A DNA stretch of 64,000 nucleotides from a virus. Its lineage: Duplodnaviria > Caudoviricetes. Each line of letters starts with the position of its first letter. Positions within the stretch are counted from its first letter, which is position 1. The notes beneath the pieces were generated by a model. It searched no databases and was not told the DNA's origin. It worked only from the letters and a program-made list of their open reading frames with translations. The translations under genes and the position numbers were made by a program. Positions 54,599-63,295 of this stretch are shown in pieces. The stretch lies in IMG/VR virus record IMGVR_UViG_3300034170_000057, one strand, 5' to 3'.

Positions 54599-55584
54599 AT
54601 TTCGATACGTTTATTTTGAAGTGTCAGGAAATTATTCACGGCGAATTTGAGGTGCTTCGAACCGGTGATCGCTACGTCGAAACCGATCATGGCAAGCTGC
54701 GAATTGTGAAAGGTATCTACGAGCCGGAAGCCGTGGACTCTGTTGAGTACAAAGCTATCGGTATCGACGTAAAGTTTATGCCTTACCGTGATTACGAAGG
54801 CAACTACAATTTCGAAAGCATTATTCAGCAGCTGACCTATCTGGAAGCCACACGCTGGATGGCACGCCATCGCGAAATCGACGCAATCGAAATGCACATT
54901 CGCGAACTGGAAAAGATTCGTAAGGCGCCAGTAACGTACATACGCAAATTCGGATTGCATCCAACTGTGGAAGTAGTTTTGGATGGCACCGTAGACCTGT
55001 GCCTTTTCACCATTAACGGGCGCGGCATTAGATACATGCCATCGCGTGTAGCCATGGGTGCTGCTACGCACAAGGCCGGTCATGTAACCCTCACGCAATC
55101 TGTTTCCGAAATCAAAGCCGTTCCAATCACCGGCTACGAAAAGATTATGGAGCGCCGTTGCAGTAGTCGCTGCATGGATTTGTTTATCAGCGAAAACGTT
55201 TTGTACGTGCCGCCTGAAAATGAAGACGATAACTTCGGCCATATTCAGGTAGGTAATCCACGTTGCGATATTATGCGCGTAGAGCCAGTCGTGATGGGCA
55301 ACAAAATCGTGGAGTTCCTGCGAGGCTGTACTGTGCTGGAAGGGTTGGAAATTACGGTTGCATATTTCGATTTCCAACGTCGCAAAACTAATCCGTGCGT
55401 GGGCCATGTACAAAGCGCTGAATTCCGTTTGAGTTCCACGACGAATGCTCTGTTCGCCGTATGGTTCTGCCTGTTGGATAACGCGCATCTGACCCTGACC
55501 TGTGGCGAGGACGAAACTAGCACACTCGCGGGCAAGCTGATCACTGCGTATCTTGAGCCCATCCAACTAGGCTTGGATGTGTAA
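54595..55584 (+). CDS. hypothetical protein
   Basis: 329 aa, ATGA overlap. Confidence 0.75.
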   Translation: MNFDTFILKCQEIIHGEFEVLRTGDRYVETDHGKLRIVKGIYEPEAVDSVEYKAIGIDVKFMPYRDYEGNYNFESIIQQLTYLEATRWMARHREIDAIEMHIRELEKIRKAPVTYIRKFGLHPTVEVVLDGTVDLCLFTINGRGIRYMPSRVAMGAATHKAGHVTLTQSVSEIKAVPITGYEKIMERRCSSRCMDLFISENVLYVPPENEDDNFGHIQVGNPRCDIMRVEPVVMGNKIVEFLRGCTVLEGLEITVAYFDFQRRKTNPCVGHVQSAEFRLSSTTNALFAVWFCLLDNAHLTLTCGEDETSTLAGKLITAYLEPIQLGLDV

Positions 55585-55590
55585 GGCAAT

Positions 55591-55600
55591 ACTGTAAATA
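55591..55600 (+). promoter_or_regulatory. ACTGTAAATA putative late-type promoter
   Basis: fully intergenic copy, 55 nt before the next ATG. Confidence 0.6.
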
Positions 55601-55655
55601 TATAAGACCGAGCAACACCGCCACTCAACTGCAACACCACCTAAAGGAATACCCA

Positions 55656-56615
55656 ATGCTCTCTTTGCATGACCAATTACGTGCAATCGTAACCCAAGCA
55701 TTTCCGGCTGGCATTCCGCTGGCAAAGAAGACCTACGCCACGGTCGCAAGCGGGGGCTATGATCACCCGCCTACGGCCAGTGAAGTGTACGAAGTTTATA
55801 ACCGTTGCACCGATAAATATTTCGAGCTGACTATCAGCCTGAATATCGACGACGAACTGAAAATCGACTGTGCGATTCCAGCGGGCGATGATTACGACAA
55901 AAACGAATTGTTGATCATTTCGCAGCGCCTGCATGCAGCGAAAGAAAAGCCGGAAGATCCGGAAATCACAATCAACCTGCACAAGTTCTTGAACGGTCTG
56001 GCCCAAGCCATCGGTTCGCAAAAAGGTTTTGGCGAAAAAGCACCGAATGACAAACGCCCGTACTTCACCTACATGGCTTATGGTCCGGGCGGTCGCGTCA
56101 TGCTTACCTGTGACCTGAAAGACTACGTGTTTCGCGTCAATTTCCGCAGCGGCCCGTCGAAGCGTGATGATCGTATCAACATGGTCGATTTTGAACACGC
56201 TGCAAACTACACCAACACCATCGAAAAAGCCGCAGGCATTTCCAAAGTCTGGCACCGTGGCGCGGTAGAAATTGTGCAGGATTATCTGAATCTTTTGCCG
56301 GTTCGTTCTTTCCGTCTGCCGGTGCAAGAGCGTCCGTCGTATCAGTACGATTTCCCCTACTGCGATATCGTGTCGAAAGAATTTCCGGACGTGTGTCTGC
56401 TGCGCGTTACCCACGAAGGTTTCAAAATGTGGCGTGATGGTTCCTACGTCACCGTGACCGACGTTAGCCAACTGGAAACGGCGCCGGTTCTTCAGGAAAT
56501 CGAAGGCTTCCCACAAGCGATGTGGCGCCTCGGTTCCGGCATTCTCTACACCACCGGTAGCTTTTCCAAAACTACACCGGGTAAATTGAAATTCACGCCG
56601 TCTTCACGCGGGTAA
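55656..56615 (+). CDS. hypothetical protein
   Basis: AAGGA SD, 319 aa. Confidence 0.75.
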   Translation: MLSLHDQLRAIVTQAFPAGIPLAKKTYATVASGGYDHPPTASEVYEVYNRCTDKYFELTISLNIDDELKIDCAIPAGDDYDKNELLIISQRLHAAKEKPEDPEITINLHKFLNGLAQAIGSQKGFGEKAPNDKRPYFTYMAYGPGGRVMLTCDLKDYVFRVNFRSGPSKRDDRINMVDFEHAANYTNTIEKAAGISKVWHRGAVEIVQDYLNLLPVRSFRLPVQERPSYQYDFPYCDIVSKEFPDVCLLRVTHEGFKMWRDGSYVTVTDVSQLETAPVLQEIEGFPQAMWRLGSGILYTTGSFSKTTPGKLKFTPSSRG

Positions 56616-56621
56616 CTGCAA

Positions 56622-57347
56622 ATGGAACTCCAAGAATTTATTGTGGCTGTTGAAAATCTCTTAGGCGTTAAACACGTCGAAGAAGATCAGCTGAATTTGA
56701 CGATTGCTTCCGAACGTATTTCGGTAGGAATCCAAAAGCATTTCTTGGGTGGGCAGGATATTTGGTTAAGCTATCCGGGTTCAGAACATTTCCAACCGGC
56801 TAACGAGAATCTGGCGGACGCGTTCCGTCGGGTTCAACAAGCATTCGACCGCACCAACGCCGATTGGTATCTCTACGAAGCAATCGTGGAAAAGGCGTTA
56901 AAATCATTTCAAGGCTGGGTAAAACTGCCACTCGAATACACCGCAGAAATCCGTGATCATTTTCCGGGTTATTCCGCGCGTATTCCGGGCCTTGGTGTGG
57001 AAATTTTCTACATCACGTGCAGTGAGGAAGGTGACGCTTTGGTTAACCGGCGTGCGCTGAAGATGGTGATGCACAGCAAGAAAGCGAAAGCCGGTATGTA
57101 TGCCATCGAATGTCGCGAAGTGGATAACAAACTTTTCCTGCAAACTCACAACGGGCGCAAGACTGCTTTGTTCGAAGCTGCGTGCTGCGAAAGCGTGAAG
57201 GTTCACATGCGTCAATTCGAAATCATGCCTGACATTTTAGGCCACCATTGCACGGATGGTGATATGCAGGAAATGCCGGATATCGAAATTTACAACCAGC
57301 TGACTCAACGTCGGGAATACACATTCTTCGAATTGGAGGTTATGTGA
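56622..57347 (+). CDS. hypothetical protein
   Basis: 241 aa. Confidence 0.75.
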   Translation: MELQEFIVAVENLLGVKHVEEDQLNLTIASERISVGIQKHFLGGQDIWLSYPGSEHFQPANENLADAFRRVQQAFDRTNADWYLYEAIVEKALKSFQGWVKLPLEYTAEIRDHFPGYSARIPGLGVEIFYITCSEEGDALVNRRALKMVMHSKKAKAGMYAIECREVDNKLFLQTHNGRKTALFEAACCESVKVHMRQFEIMPDILGHHCTDGDMQEMPDIEIYNQLTQRREYTFFELEVM

Positions 57348-57949
57348 TGGATAACAAAAAGCTGAAAGAAATGGTGGCCGCATGGTGTAAGGCGACGGCC
57401 AAGGATTTGCCACAACGCACGGCGCCGGGAAACCGCGCTGTGACGTGGGAAGCCAACGTACCCGCATGGTGGAGCCACTGGAACGGCGTTCGCTGTATCG
57501 GCCTCACTGTACGCGGTTACGTGAACCACTGGGCAGGCACAATCCGCCTGAATCTGATCATCACGGACAACGGCGAATACGTGGTTACGTCGAAGCCCGG
57601 TGACTACGGTTATCTGCGTGACGAAGCAGTCGAGGCATTCCGTGCGAAAATCCCGGTCACGGCTGACCCGCTGATTACGCATCTGGAGCGCTGGAAACAG
57701 GCGATGATTGCCGATATCCAAAAGCTGGAATTTTCCGACGTGCAATTTGTACAGGACGAAGGCAAAGAACCGAAAGCGTTCTTCACCATTAGCCATCCGG
57801 AAATTCCAAGACTGGGGGCTACGGTTGACCTCGATAACGATTCTTTCGCTATCAAGTTCGCACCCCGTTGTGCTGCGCTGCCTATTTCGAAAATGTTGGC
57901 CGATACGCTGCGCCGGGTAGAACGTGCGGCAATTTGTATCGAGGAATAA
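57344..57949 (+). CDS. hypothetical protein
   Basis: GGAGG SD. Confidence 0.75.
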   Translation: MMDNKKLKEMVAAWCKATAKDLPQRTAPGNRAVTWEANVPAWWSHWNGVRCIGLTVRGYVNHWAGTIRLNLIITDNGEYVVTSKPGDYGYLRDEAVEAFRAKIPVTADPLITHLERWKQAMIADIQKLEFSDVQFVQDEGKEPKAFFTISHPEIPRLGATVDLDNDSFAIKFAPRCAALPISKMLADTLRRVERAAICIEE

Positions 57950-58279
57950 ATGGCTGGTTTGTTTGGATCAACCGGCACGGTGATTGTAGGGCGGGTTAAT
58001 GATCCGCCTCGTTCCGGTTACACTGATATCCGAGTGGATCGCAAAACGATATTCGGGAACAAATACCCGATTAGCGAAACCGGATCACGAAAGAAAAGCT
58101 GTTCGCTTTATGATGCATATGCCGAGCGGCGCATGCGGAAGAAAGGAAAATACTGGAAGCGAATTATGGAATTACGCACCCGGCATTTGAACGGCGAAAA
58201 CCTACGACTGACTTGCCACTGCTGGCCCAAACAATGCCACGCGCAGACAGTCCGACGAATGATTATGAGGGCCGACTAA
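57950..58279 (+). CDS. DUF4326 family protein
   Basis: IRVDRKTIFGNKY ... NLRLTCHCWPKQCHA. Confidence 0.75.
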   Translation: MAGLFGSTGTVIVGRVNDPPRSGYTDIRVDRKTIFGNKYPISETGSRKKSCSLYDAYAERRMRKKGKYWKRIMELRTRHLNGENLRLTCHCWPKQCHAQTVRRMIMRAD

Positions 58280-58848
58280 TGTCGAAGAATCTTGAGTGGC
58301 ACCAGCTGTCCGAAGCAGGGCTGTATTGGAAAGTTTTCAAAAGCGATACGCAGATTTATTCCGTGGTCGAATACGAAGAGGGAACAATCGGCTGTGTCGG
58401 TTCGGAAACTTACGAGGATTTGACGGTCAACAATTTCAACGATGATTATTTCTTCGTGCCCGTTGACGTTCCTAGTTTCCAGTGGCCGGTGCCAGAAGTT
58501 GTAGTCGAGGAATTCGACGCCGAGGCGCATTGCAAAACGTTGACCGAAGTTATCGAAGCGTCCGGCATTCTGAGAAGCCTTGGTTTTTCTAGGCATATTC
58601 CTGCGCAGGAAAATGACCGCGTTCCCGGCTTCCCGTTGATCGGTGGGCGCCACGTGAATTGCATGCTGGAAGTTGTCACGAGCTTGGCGGGCGAAGGCGC
58701 GTTGATTGTGCGTCTGGATGGAAATGGCGGTTGGCGTTTCCAGTGGGTTGGCATTCGCTACCACGATTCAGACACGGCGGATTTCCGCTGGACCGTAGAG
58801 CGCATGATTTTGCGGGCGGCACAAAAACGTTTGAAGGCCAGCGCATGA
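58279..58848 (+). CDS. hypothetical protein with N-terminal W..G.YW module
   Basis: TAATG overlap, GAGG SD. Confidence 0.7.
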   Translation: MSKNLEWHQLSEAGLYWKVFKSDTQIYSVVEYEEGTIGCVGSETYEDLTVNNFNDDYFFVPVDVPSFQWPVPEVVVEEFDAEAHCKTLTEVIEASGILRSLGFSRHIPAQENDRVPGFPLIGGRHVNCMLEVVTSLAGEGALIVRLDGNGGWRFQWVGIRYHDSDTADFRWTVERMILRAAQKRLKASA

Positions 58849-59099
58849 GCCCGTTTATTACGGACTGGCGCCAACTTGAGGTCGGTGTGCCTTACTGGAT
58901 GATCGACCGGGCTGATCCGGATGATCGAAACATTATTGAAATAACGGTGCGCCACAAGTTCGACGATGATCACTACACGTGCATTCAAATGTACGATAGT
59001 GTGCCGTGGCGCTTTCGTGAAAATACGCACGTATTTGTGGCAGTTGATTTGCCGCCAAAGATTCCAAAAGAACTCGAATATTTTAAGGGGGAAGAGTAA
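58845..59099 (+). CDS. hypothetical protein (stand-alone W..G.YW module)
   Basis: ATGA overlap. Confidence 0.7.
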   Translation: MSPFITDWRQLEVGVPYWMIDRADPDDRNIIEITVRHKFDDDHYTCIQMYDSVPWRFRENTHVFVAVDLPPKIPKELEYFKGEE

Positions 59100-59452
59100 T
59101 GCTGCATTCTGAACTGCGCGTAAAGCTGGATAAGATTATTGAGGTGGCGCACGCATCTATGCCCGTCGCATACATCGCAAATGCGGTTTCCTACGCTAGC
59201 GAGGGTGTGATCGGTGTAGGTTACTTGATTACACTGTCGAAATGCCCACACGATGTTTTGGCGAACGTGCGCCTGTGGGAAAACGAAAAGTTCGAAGTTA
59301 CCAGTCCGGCCAGTCCGGGCCTGTTGGGTGAGTATGTAGCCCGCGTGCAAACCGTGATGAAAGCTGCGCACCATTTGGTTTGTGGTGGCGAGGCAAAAGC
59401 GGTGGAATTCAAGGGCGACGGGACCGGCTTGAAATTGTTGGAGGGACAATGA
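59099..59452 (+). CDS. hypothetical protein
   Basis: TAATG overlap. Confidence 0.7.
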   Translation: MLHSELRVKLDKIIEVAHASMPVAYIANAVSYASEGVIGVGYLITLSKCPHDVLANVRLWENEKFEVTSPASPGLLGEYVARVQTVMKAAHHLVCGGEAKAVEFKGDGTGLKLLEGQ

Positions 59453-60126
59453 AAGTATTGAACTGGTGGGAAGTAAAACAGGCCGGTTATTACTGGGCAA
59501 TTTCTACGGAAAACGAAGATAATTACGCCGCCTGTGACATTATTCAGGTCAACTCTGAAGGGGATGTAAGCTGCTGCGGAGTCGAGAATGAGTTTAAGTT
59601 GAATGAGGAACAACACTTCGACTACAAATTCATCAAACTGGAAGCCCCTGTGATTCCGGCGCCCCCTGTATACCAAGAGGGGTTTTTGAATCACGGACGC
59701 AACAACGGCGATTCGAAATTTCCACGCAAGGTCGAAGGCTACTGGCGTTCGCGTGAAACCCTGATCGAGCATGTAGGCCCCGGTCGCCACACCGCAAATT
59801 TCACCGACAAACAAAATGCAGATTTGCCGTGGCCGTACATTTGGCAAATCTGGCAATTTCCCAAACAGGCGTTTATCAATCGTCTGGCGGATATTGAAGA
59901 CTTGGCCGAAAAGCATCTGTACCGTGGTATCAGCATGTGCCGCATTACGGGTGTAAGTCGCGGCAACGCGGAGTATGAATACAAAGGGTGGAAATGGCCC
60001 GCTGGCTTGATCGAATATGTTCGCATGGGTGTACCACCATCGCGGGCGTTCTATGTTTTCATCATGGGCGGAACGCAGGCTGAGTGCCAGTGGCTGCCAA
60101 CCTATAACCGAGAAGAAGACGAATAA
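59449..60126 (+). CDS. W..G.YW module fused to YRG.S.CR...WKWP.GL..Y domain
   Basis: GGAGG SD, ATG 59449. Confidence 0.7.
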   Translation: MKVLNWWEVKQAGYYWAISTENEDNYAACDIIQVNSEGDVSCCGVENEFKLNEEQHFDYKFIKLEAPVIPAPPVYQEGFLNHGRNNGDSKFPRKVEGYWRSRETLIEHVGPGRHTANFTDKQNADLPWPYIWQIWQFPKQAFINRLADIEDLAEKHLYRGISMCRITGVSRGNAEYEYKGWKWPAGLIEYVRMGVPPSRAFYVFIMGGTQAECQWLPTYNREEDE

Positions 60127-60128
60127 AA

Positions 60129-60920
60129 ATGTCCATTTCTGAAGCAAGGCAGCAAAGCCTATTAGCAGGATGCAACAGTCTCGAATTAAAGGTTTTCGAG
60201 TTCGTTCCAATTCAGGAACCGTGGCCCGCCGAACAAATTAATCGGCATATGCAGGCCGGTGGTAGATCCTCGACAGAGTATCGTCGGGTACGCGCCGCAT
60301 TAGGCGGGTTAAAAGATCGTGGTCTAATCCGTGAAACAAAGCGCGATATTTTCCAGCGTGAACAAATCAAGATCCGTGAATTGCGGGATGCTGTGGCCGA
60401 CGTTGTAACGCCGCCTAAGCTGGGTGATTTGATCGACATAAAAGCAATTCGTAGCATGGCTGTTCCGTATGTACCGCCCGCATCCCAGCGTGAAATTGCC
60501 GTTGAATTCGAAAAGGATTTCAACGCGACAATTGGCGGCGTGCTTTCCAAAGATGCACAGCGTCAAATGCATCTGGATAAATCTGCACCCGCTCCAATTA
60601 CAGAAACAAAACCTGAGCCCGTTGTTAAGGAAGTTGTGACCATGAACGCCATTGCCAAAACCGTACCAACCCAACAAACCGCCGCTGATATGGCACTCGA
60701 AGCAATTAGCGAAATCACGCAGGAACTGGACACAATCAACAGTGATTTCGATGTGCAACTGGTCAAGTTGAACAATACATTCAACTCCCGCATGAACACC
60801 CTGCGTGAGCGTATGGAAGTGGTGGCGCTCGAAGTCGAAGAATTGCGCGATCACGAAAACAAAGCGTTCGAAAAATTCCGTGCGTTCAAGGCACTCATGA
60901 CTACCCTGAGCGACGATTGA
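60129..60920 (+). CDS. winged-helix plus coiled-coil protein
   Basis: KVFEFVPIQEPW...VRAALGGLKDRGLIRE; heptad-rich C-terminus. Confidence 0.6.
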   Translation: MSISEARQQSLLAGCNSLELKVFEFVPIQEPWPAEQINRHMQAGGRSSTEYRRVRAALGGLKDRGLIRETKRDIFQREQIKIRELRDAVADVVTPPKLGDLIDIKAIRSMAVPYVPPASQREIAVEFEKDFNATIGGVLSKDAQRQMHLDKSAPAPITETKPEPVVKEVVTMNAIAKTVPTQQTAADMALEAISEITQELDTINSDFDVQLVKLNNTFNSRMNTLRERMEVVALEVEELRDHENKAFEKFRAFKALMTTLSDD

Positions 60921-60921
60921 T

Positions 60922-61179
60922 ATGGAAGATCCGTTCGGTCAACTCGAAGACATGTCGCTGGAAATGCGCATTGGTTTTGAACTCGGTATGGTTTGGTGTG
61001 ACATGCTGGGCGGTGGGCGCGGCCCGTGGATTGTGCGTGATGGTTATCGGGAAGTTTACGAAAAAGCCGTGAAGAACTTCAATTACAATCCAGTATTTGA
61101 ATCCTACGACGATCAGGAAAACTGCCCGGTTCCATTGGTGGTAGTCAGTGCCGAGCGTATCGGCTTGAGGCTCGTATGA
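60922..61179 (+). CDS. hypothetical protein (tandem paralog 1)
   Basis: GFELGMVW. Confidence 0.65.
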   Translation: MEDPFGQLEDMSLEMRIGFELGMVWCDMLGGGRGPWIVRDGYREVYEKAVKNFNYNPVFESYDDQENCPVPLVVVSAERIGLRLV

Positions 61180-61433
61180 CAGAAGAACCGTCGTACAAAT
61201 GCATCATCCCTTTTCCAAATCAAGATCCTGCTTTTTCGCACGGCATGGAAGTTGGAATGGTTTGGGAAAAGCTGGCCCATAAAACATACGAGCGTCAGGC
61301 AGTTCGTGTGGAAAACGTGGAAATTCTGCGGGCGGTTGTTGCACACTTCGGTTTCACTGCAAAATTCGAAGAGAGCGGCACCGAAGGTTGGTTGTGGCTG
61401 GACTTGGAGAAATTCCAACTGAGGAAGGTATGA
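61176..61433 (+). CDS. hypothetical protein (tandem paralog 2)
   Basis: GMEVGMVW. Confidence 0.7.
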   Translation: MTEEPSYKCIIPFPNQDPAFSHGMEVGMVWEKLAHKTYERQAVRVENVEILRAVVAHFGFTAKFEESGTEGWLWLDLEKFQLRKV

Positions 61434-61750
61434 GCAAAGTTAAATTGCTGTTCCCGCGTGAAGGTGTGGTGGGGCGTCATTACTGGGTCGTTTCGAAAGA
61501 AGACGATTTAATTGACGAACCTTTCACAGTCATGGCTTCCGAATCAGCGTCAGAATCAGGCCTGCGTTATACCCGACGTGAAGGTGCGTTCACTTCGATT
61601 TTTATTCCTGAGAAAATGCAGGATTGCATGCTGGTCGAAATCGAAGTTCCGGAGCGTGACGTAGTGCTGAAGGAATTGCGCAAACGGCGCATTATCAAGA
61701 AAGTAAAACCCAAAAAGGAGGAATCACCAAGTGGCCTTAATTTTATCTAA
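61430..61750 (+). CDS. hypothetical protein
   Basis: GAGG SD, ATG 61430. Confidence 0.65.
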   Translation: MSKVKLLFPREGVVGRHYWVVSKEDDLIDEPFTVMASESASESGLRYTRREGAFTSIFIPEKMQDCMLVEIEVPERDVVLKELRKRRIIKKVKPKKEESPSGLNFI

Positions 61751-62306
61751 GGAGCAACTGCAAAGACTGCTGAAGGAAGACGGAATTCTTCAGTTGTATC
61801 CGAGCCATACGGAAGAGGGCATACCGCGTTATACGCATGCGTGTGTAGGCGCACCATTCGCCCGCATTCATGTTGGGCAGGATGGCAAAAGCGGTGATTC
61901 CGAATACGGTAGCCATGTGCTGCCGGAAGTTCGAATCGCCCCGTACATCAAAAAGATCGACGCGCTTGAGCCAGTTGATTTTTACCCGTCGTATTTCTAT
62001 TCGACCATCGACCACATGATGTTCGGAAAACTCGACCGGTTCTATATGTCGCTGCTGAAAGCAATTCACCGGCATGTAATTAGCTACGGTGGAACACCCT
62101 GTAATCAGTTTCTGGTTGCAGGTGAAGGCACCGACGCCAAAATTGATCAAATCTTTTATCAGGATTTGGTAGACGGTCACATTTCCATCGTCGCGGATCT
62201 TGTACAGCAAACCGGTTTCAATACCGACAAGCTGAAAACGTACATGGCGGCGCACAACCTTAACACCCGTTCCCTGTTCGACATGCTGCGTACCAAGTGG
62301 ACGTAA
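61731..62306 (+). CDS. hypothetical protein
   Basis: AGGAGG SD, GTG start. Confidence 0.7.
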   Translation: MALILSKEQLQRLLKEDGILQLYPSHTEEGIPRYTHACVGAPFARIHVGQDGKSGDSEYGSHVLPEVRIAPYIKKIDALEPVDFYPSYFYSTIDHMMFGKLDRFYMSLLKAIHRHVISYGGTPCNQFLVAGEGTDAKIDQIFYQDLVDGHISIVADLVQQTGFNTDKLKTYMAAHNLNTRSLFDMLRTKWT

Positions 62307-62319
62307 TGCTGTAGAAACG

Positions 62320-62364
62320 AAAAAGCCCCCGAATCCAATTAAGGAAACGGGGGCTTTTTTTTTT
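62320..62364. terminator. bidirectional intrinsic terminator at the strand switch
   Basis: AAAAA-GCCCCCG...CGGGGGC-T10 between convergent genes. Confidence 0.85.
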
Positions 62365-62372
62365 GGTTCGAA

Positions 62373-62810
62373 TTAACCGAGTGCTACATCGCGCTCTGTT
62401 CCAGCGTAGTGCGTTTCGAAGTACACGCGGGGCAGCATGGCAGTGGGCTCGCACAGGCGCTCGAAGAACTTCACGATGCCGGGGCTTGGCTCACTGTACA
62501 GCAGCACCTTACCCGGCTCTACAAGCACCGTAGCTTCGACGAACGCCACAAGGTCATAGGCGGATGCGCGGAGGTGCTGCGCGGTCGCCTCACGGGCCAT
62601 TACAGGCAAGTGGTCGATGGTGTGGCCGCCGACGCTGTACAGGTCGCCGCCTTCCATGAAATCCTGTATCTGGCCGCCAGTGCCCACCAACAGAATACGT
62701 TGGCGCATTTCAGCGCACACCTTGACCATTTGTTGCAGAGCGAATGTCTTACCGGCGCGTTGTGGCCCCATGAAAAACATCGTGCGTTTTGGAATGATTA
62801 ATTCGAACAT
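62373..62810 (-). CDS. small P-loop protein
   Basis: FFMGPQRAGKT Walker A; Walker B degenerate (LVAFVEA). Confidence 0.6.
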   Translation of the reverse strand: MFELIIPKRTMFFMGPQRAGKTFALQQMVKVCAEMRQRILLVGTGGQIQDFMEGGDLYSVGGHTIDHLPVMAREATAQHLRASAYDLVAFVEATVLVEPGKVLLYSEPSPGIVKFFERLCEPTAMLPRVYFETHYAGTERDVALG

Positions 62811-62839
62811 TTATGTTTCCTCTTATGCGGGAAGTTTGA

Positions 62840-63283
62840 TTAGGAAAGTACGATCTTGCGGTTGCCATTTTCCACATACGAAACGTGAATGTAACCGTCG
62901 CGCATTTGCAGAATATCGAACGTCTGCGTTTGCAGCCAGTCGAAAATGGATTGTGCGTCGTTGGAAATCAGCGAGACAGCCGATCCCAAAACGTGCTGCT
63001 TGTCGTTGAGATATTTGATCCAGCTGGCATCATTGAACGGGAGACCCTGCGCACGAATCCAATCATAAAAACTGGCCTTGGTATATTCACGCTCAAGCAC
63101 CGGGCTGCGATACCAACTCACAAGTCGGAAATCGAATTTCTTCAGCATCGGTTCCAAAAGGTTTTCCGCTACTTTCCCCGCTGCGTGCAGCGCATCACGT
63201 GGCGGCGTGTTGTCGATACGGTTTTTAATTGCAACCAAATCGAAGCCTACATCAAGGTCGGTATAATTTTCACTGATTCGCAT
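62840..63283 (-). CDS. peptidase M15A-like protein (endolysin-like, one Zn ligand altered)
   Basis: RISENY...N.P...LLEP...SWYRSP...QHVLGSAVS...YIHVSY. Confidence 0.7.
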   Translation of the reverse strand: MRISENYTDLDVGFDLVAIKNRIDNTPPRDALHAAGKVAENLLEPMLKKFDFRLVSWYRSPVLEREYTKASFYDWIRAQGLPFNDASWIKYLNDKQHVLGSAVSLISNDAQSIFDWLQTQTFDILQMRDGYIHVSYVENGNRKIVLS

Positions 63284-63295
63284 TTGTTGCCCCCG

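Noticed and set aside
54361-55566. Long - strand ORFs (also 4980-6032, 41129-42337, 50093-51034, 59221-60210)
   Set aside because: Each shadows a well-supported + strand gene, lacks an SD or recognisable motif, and is expected from codon bias
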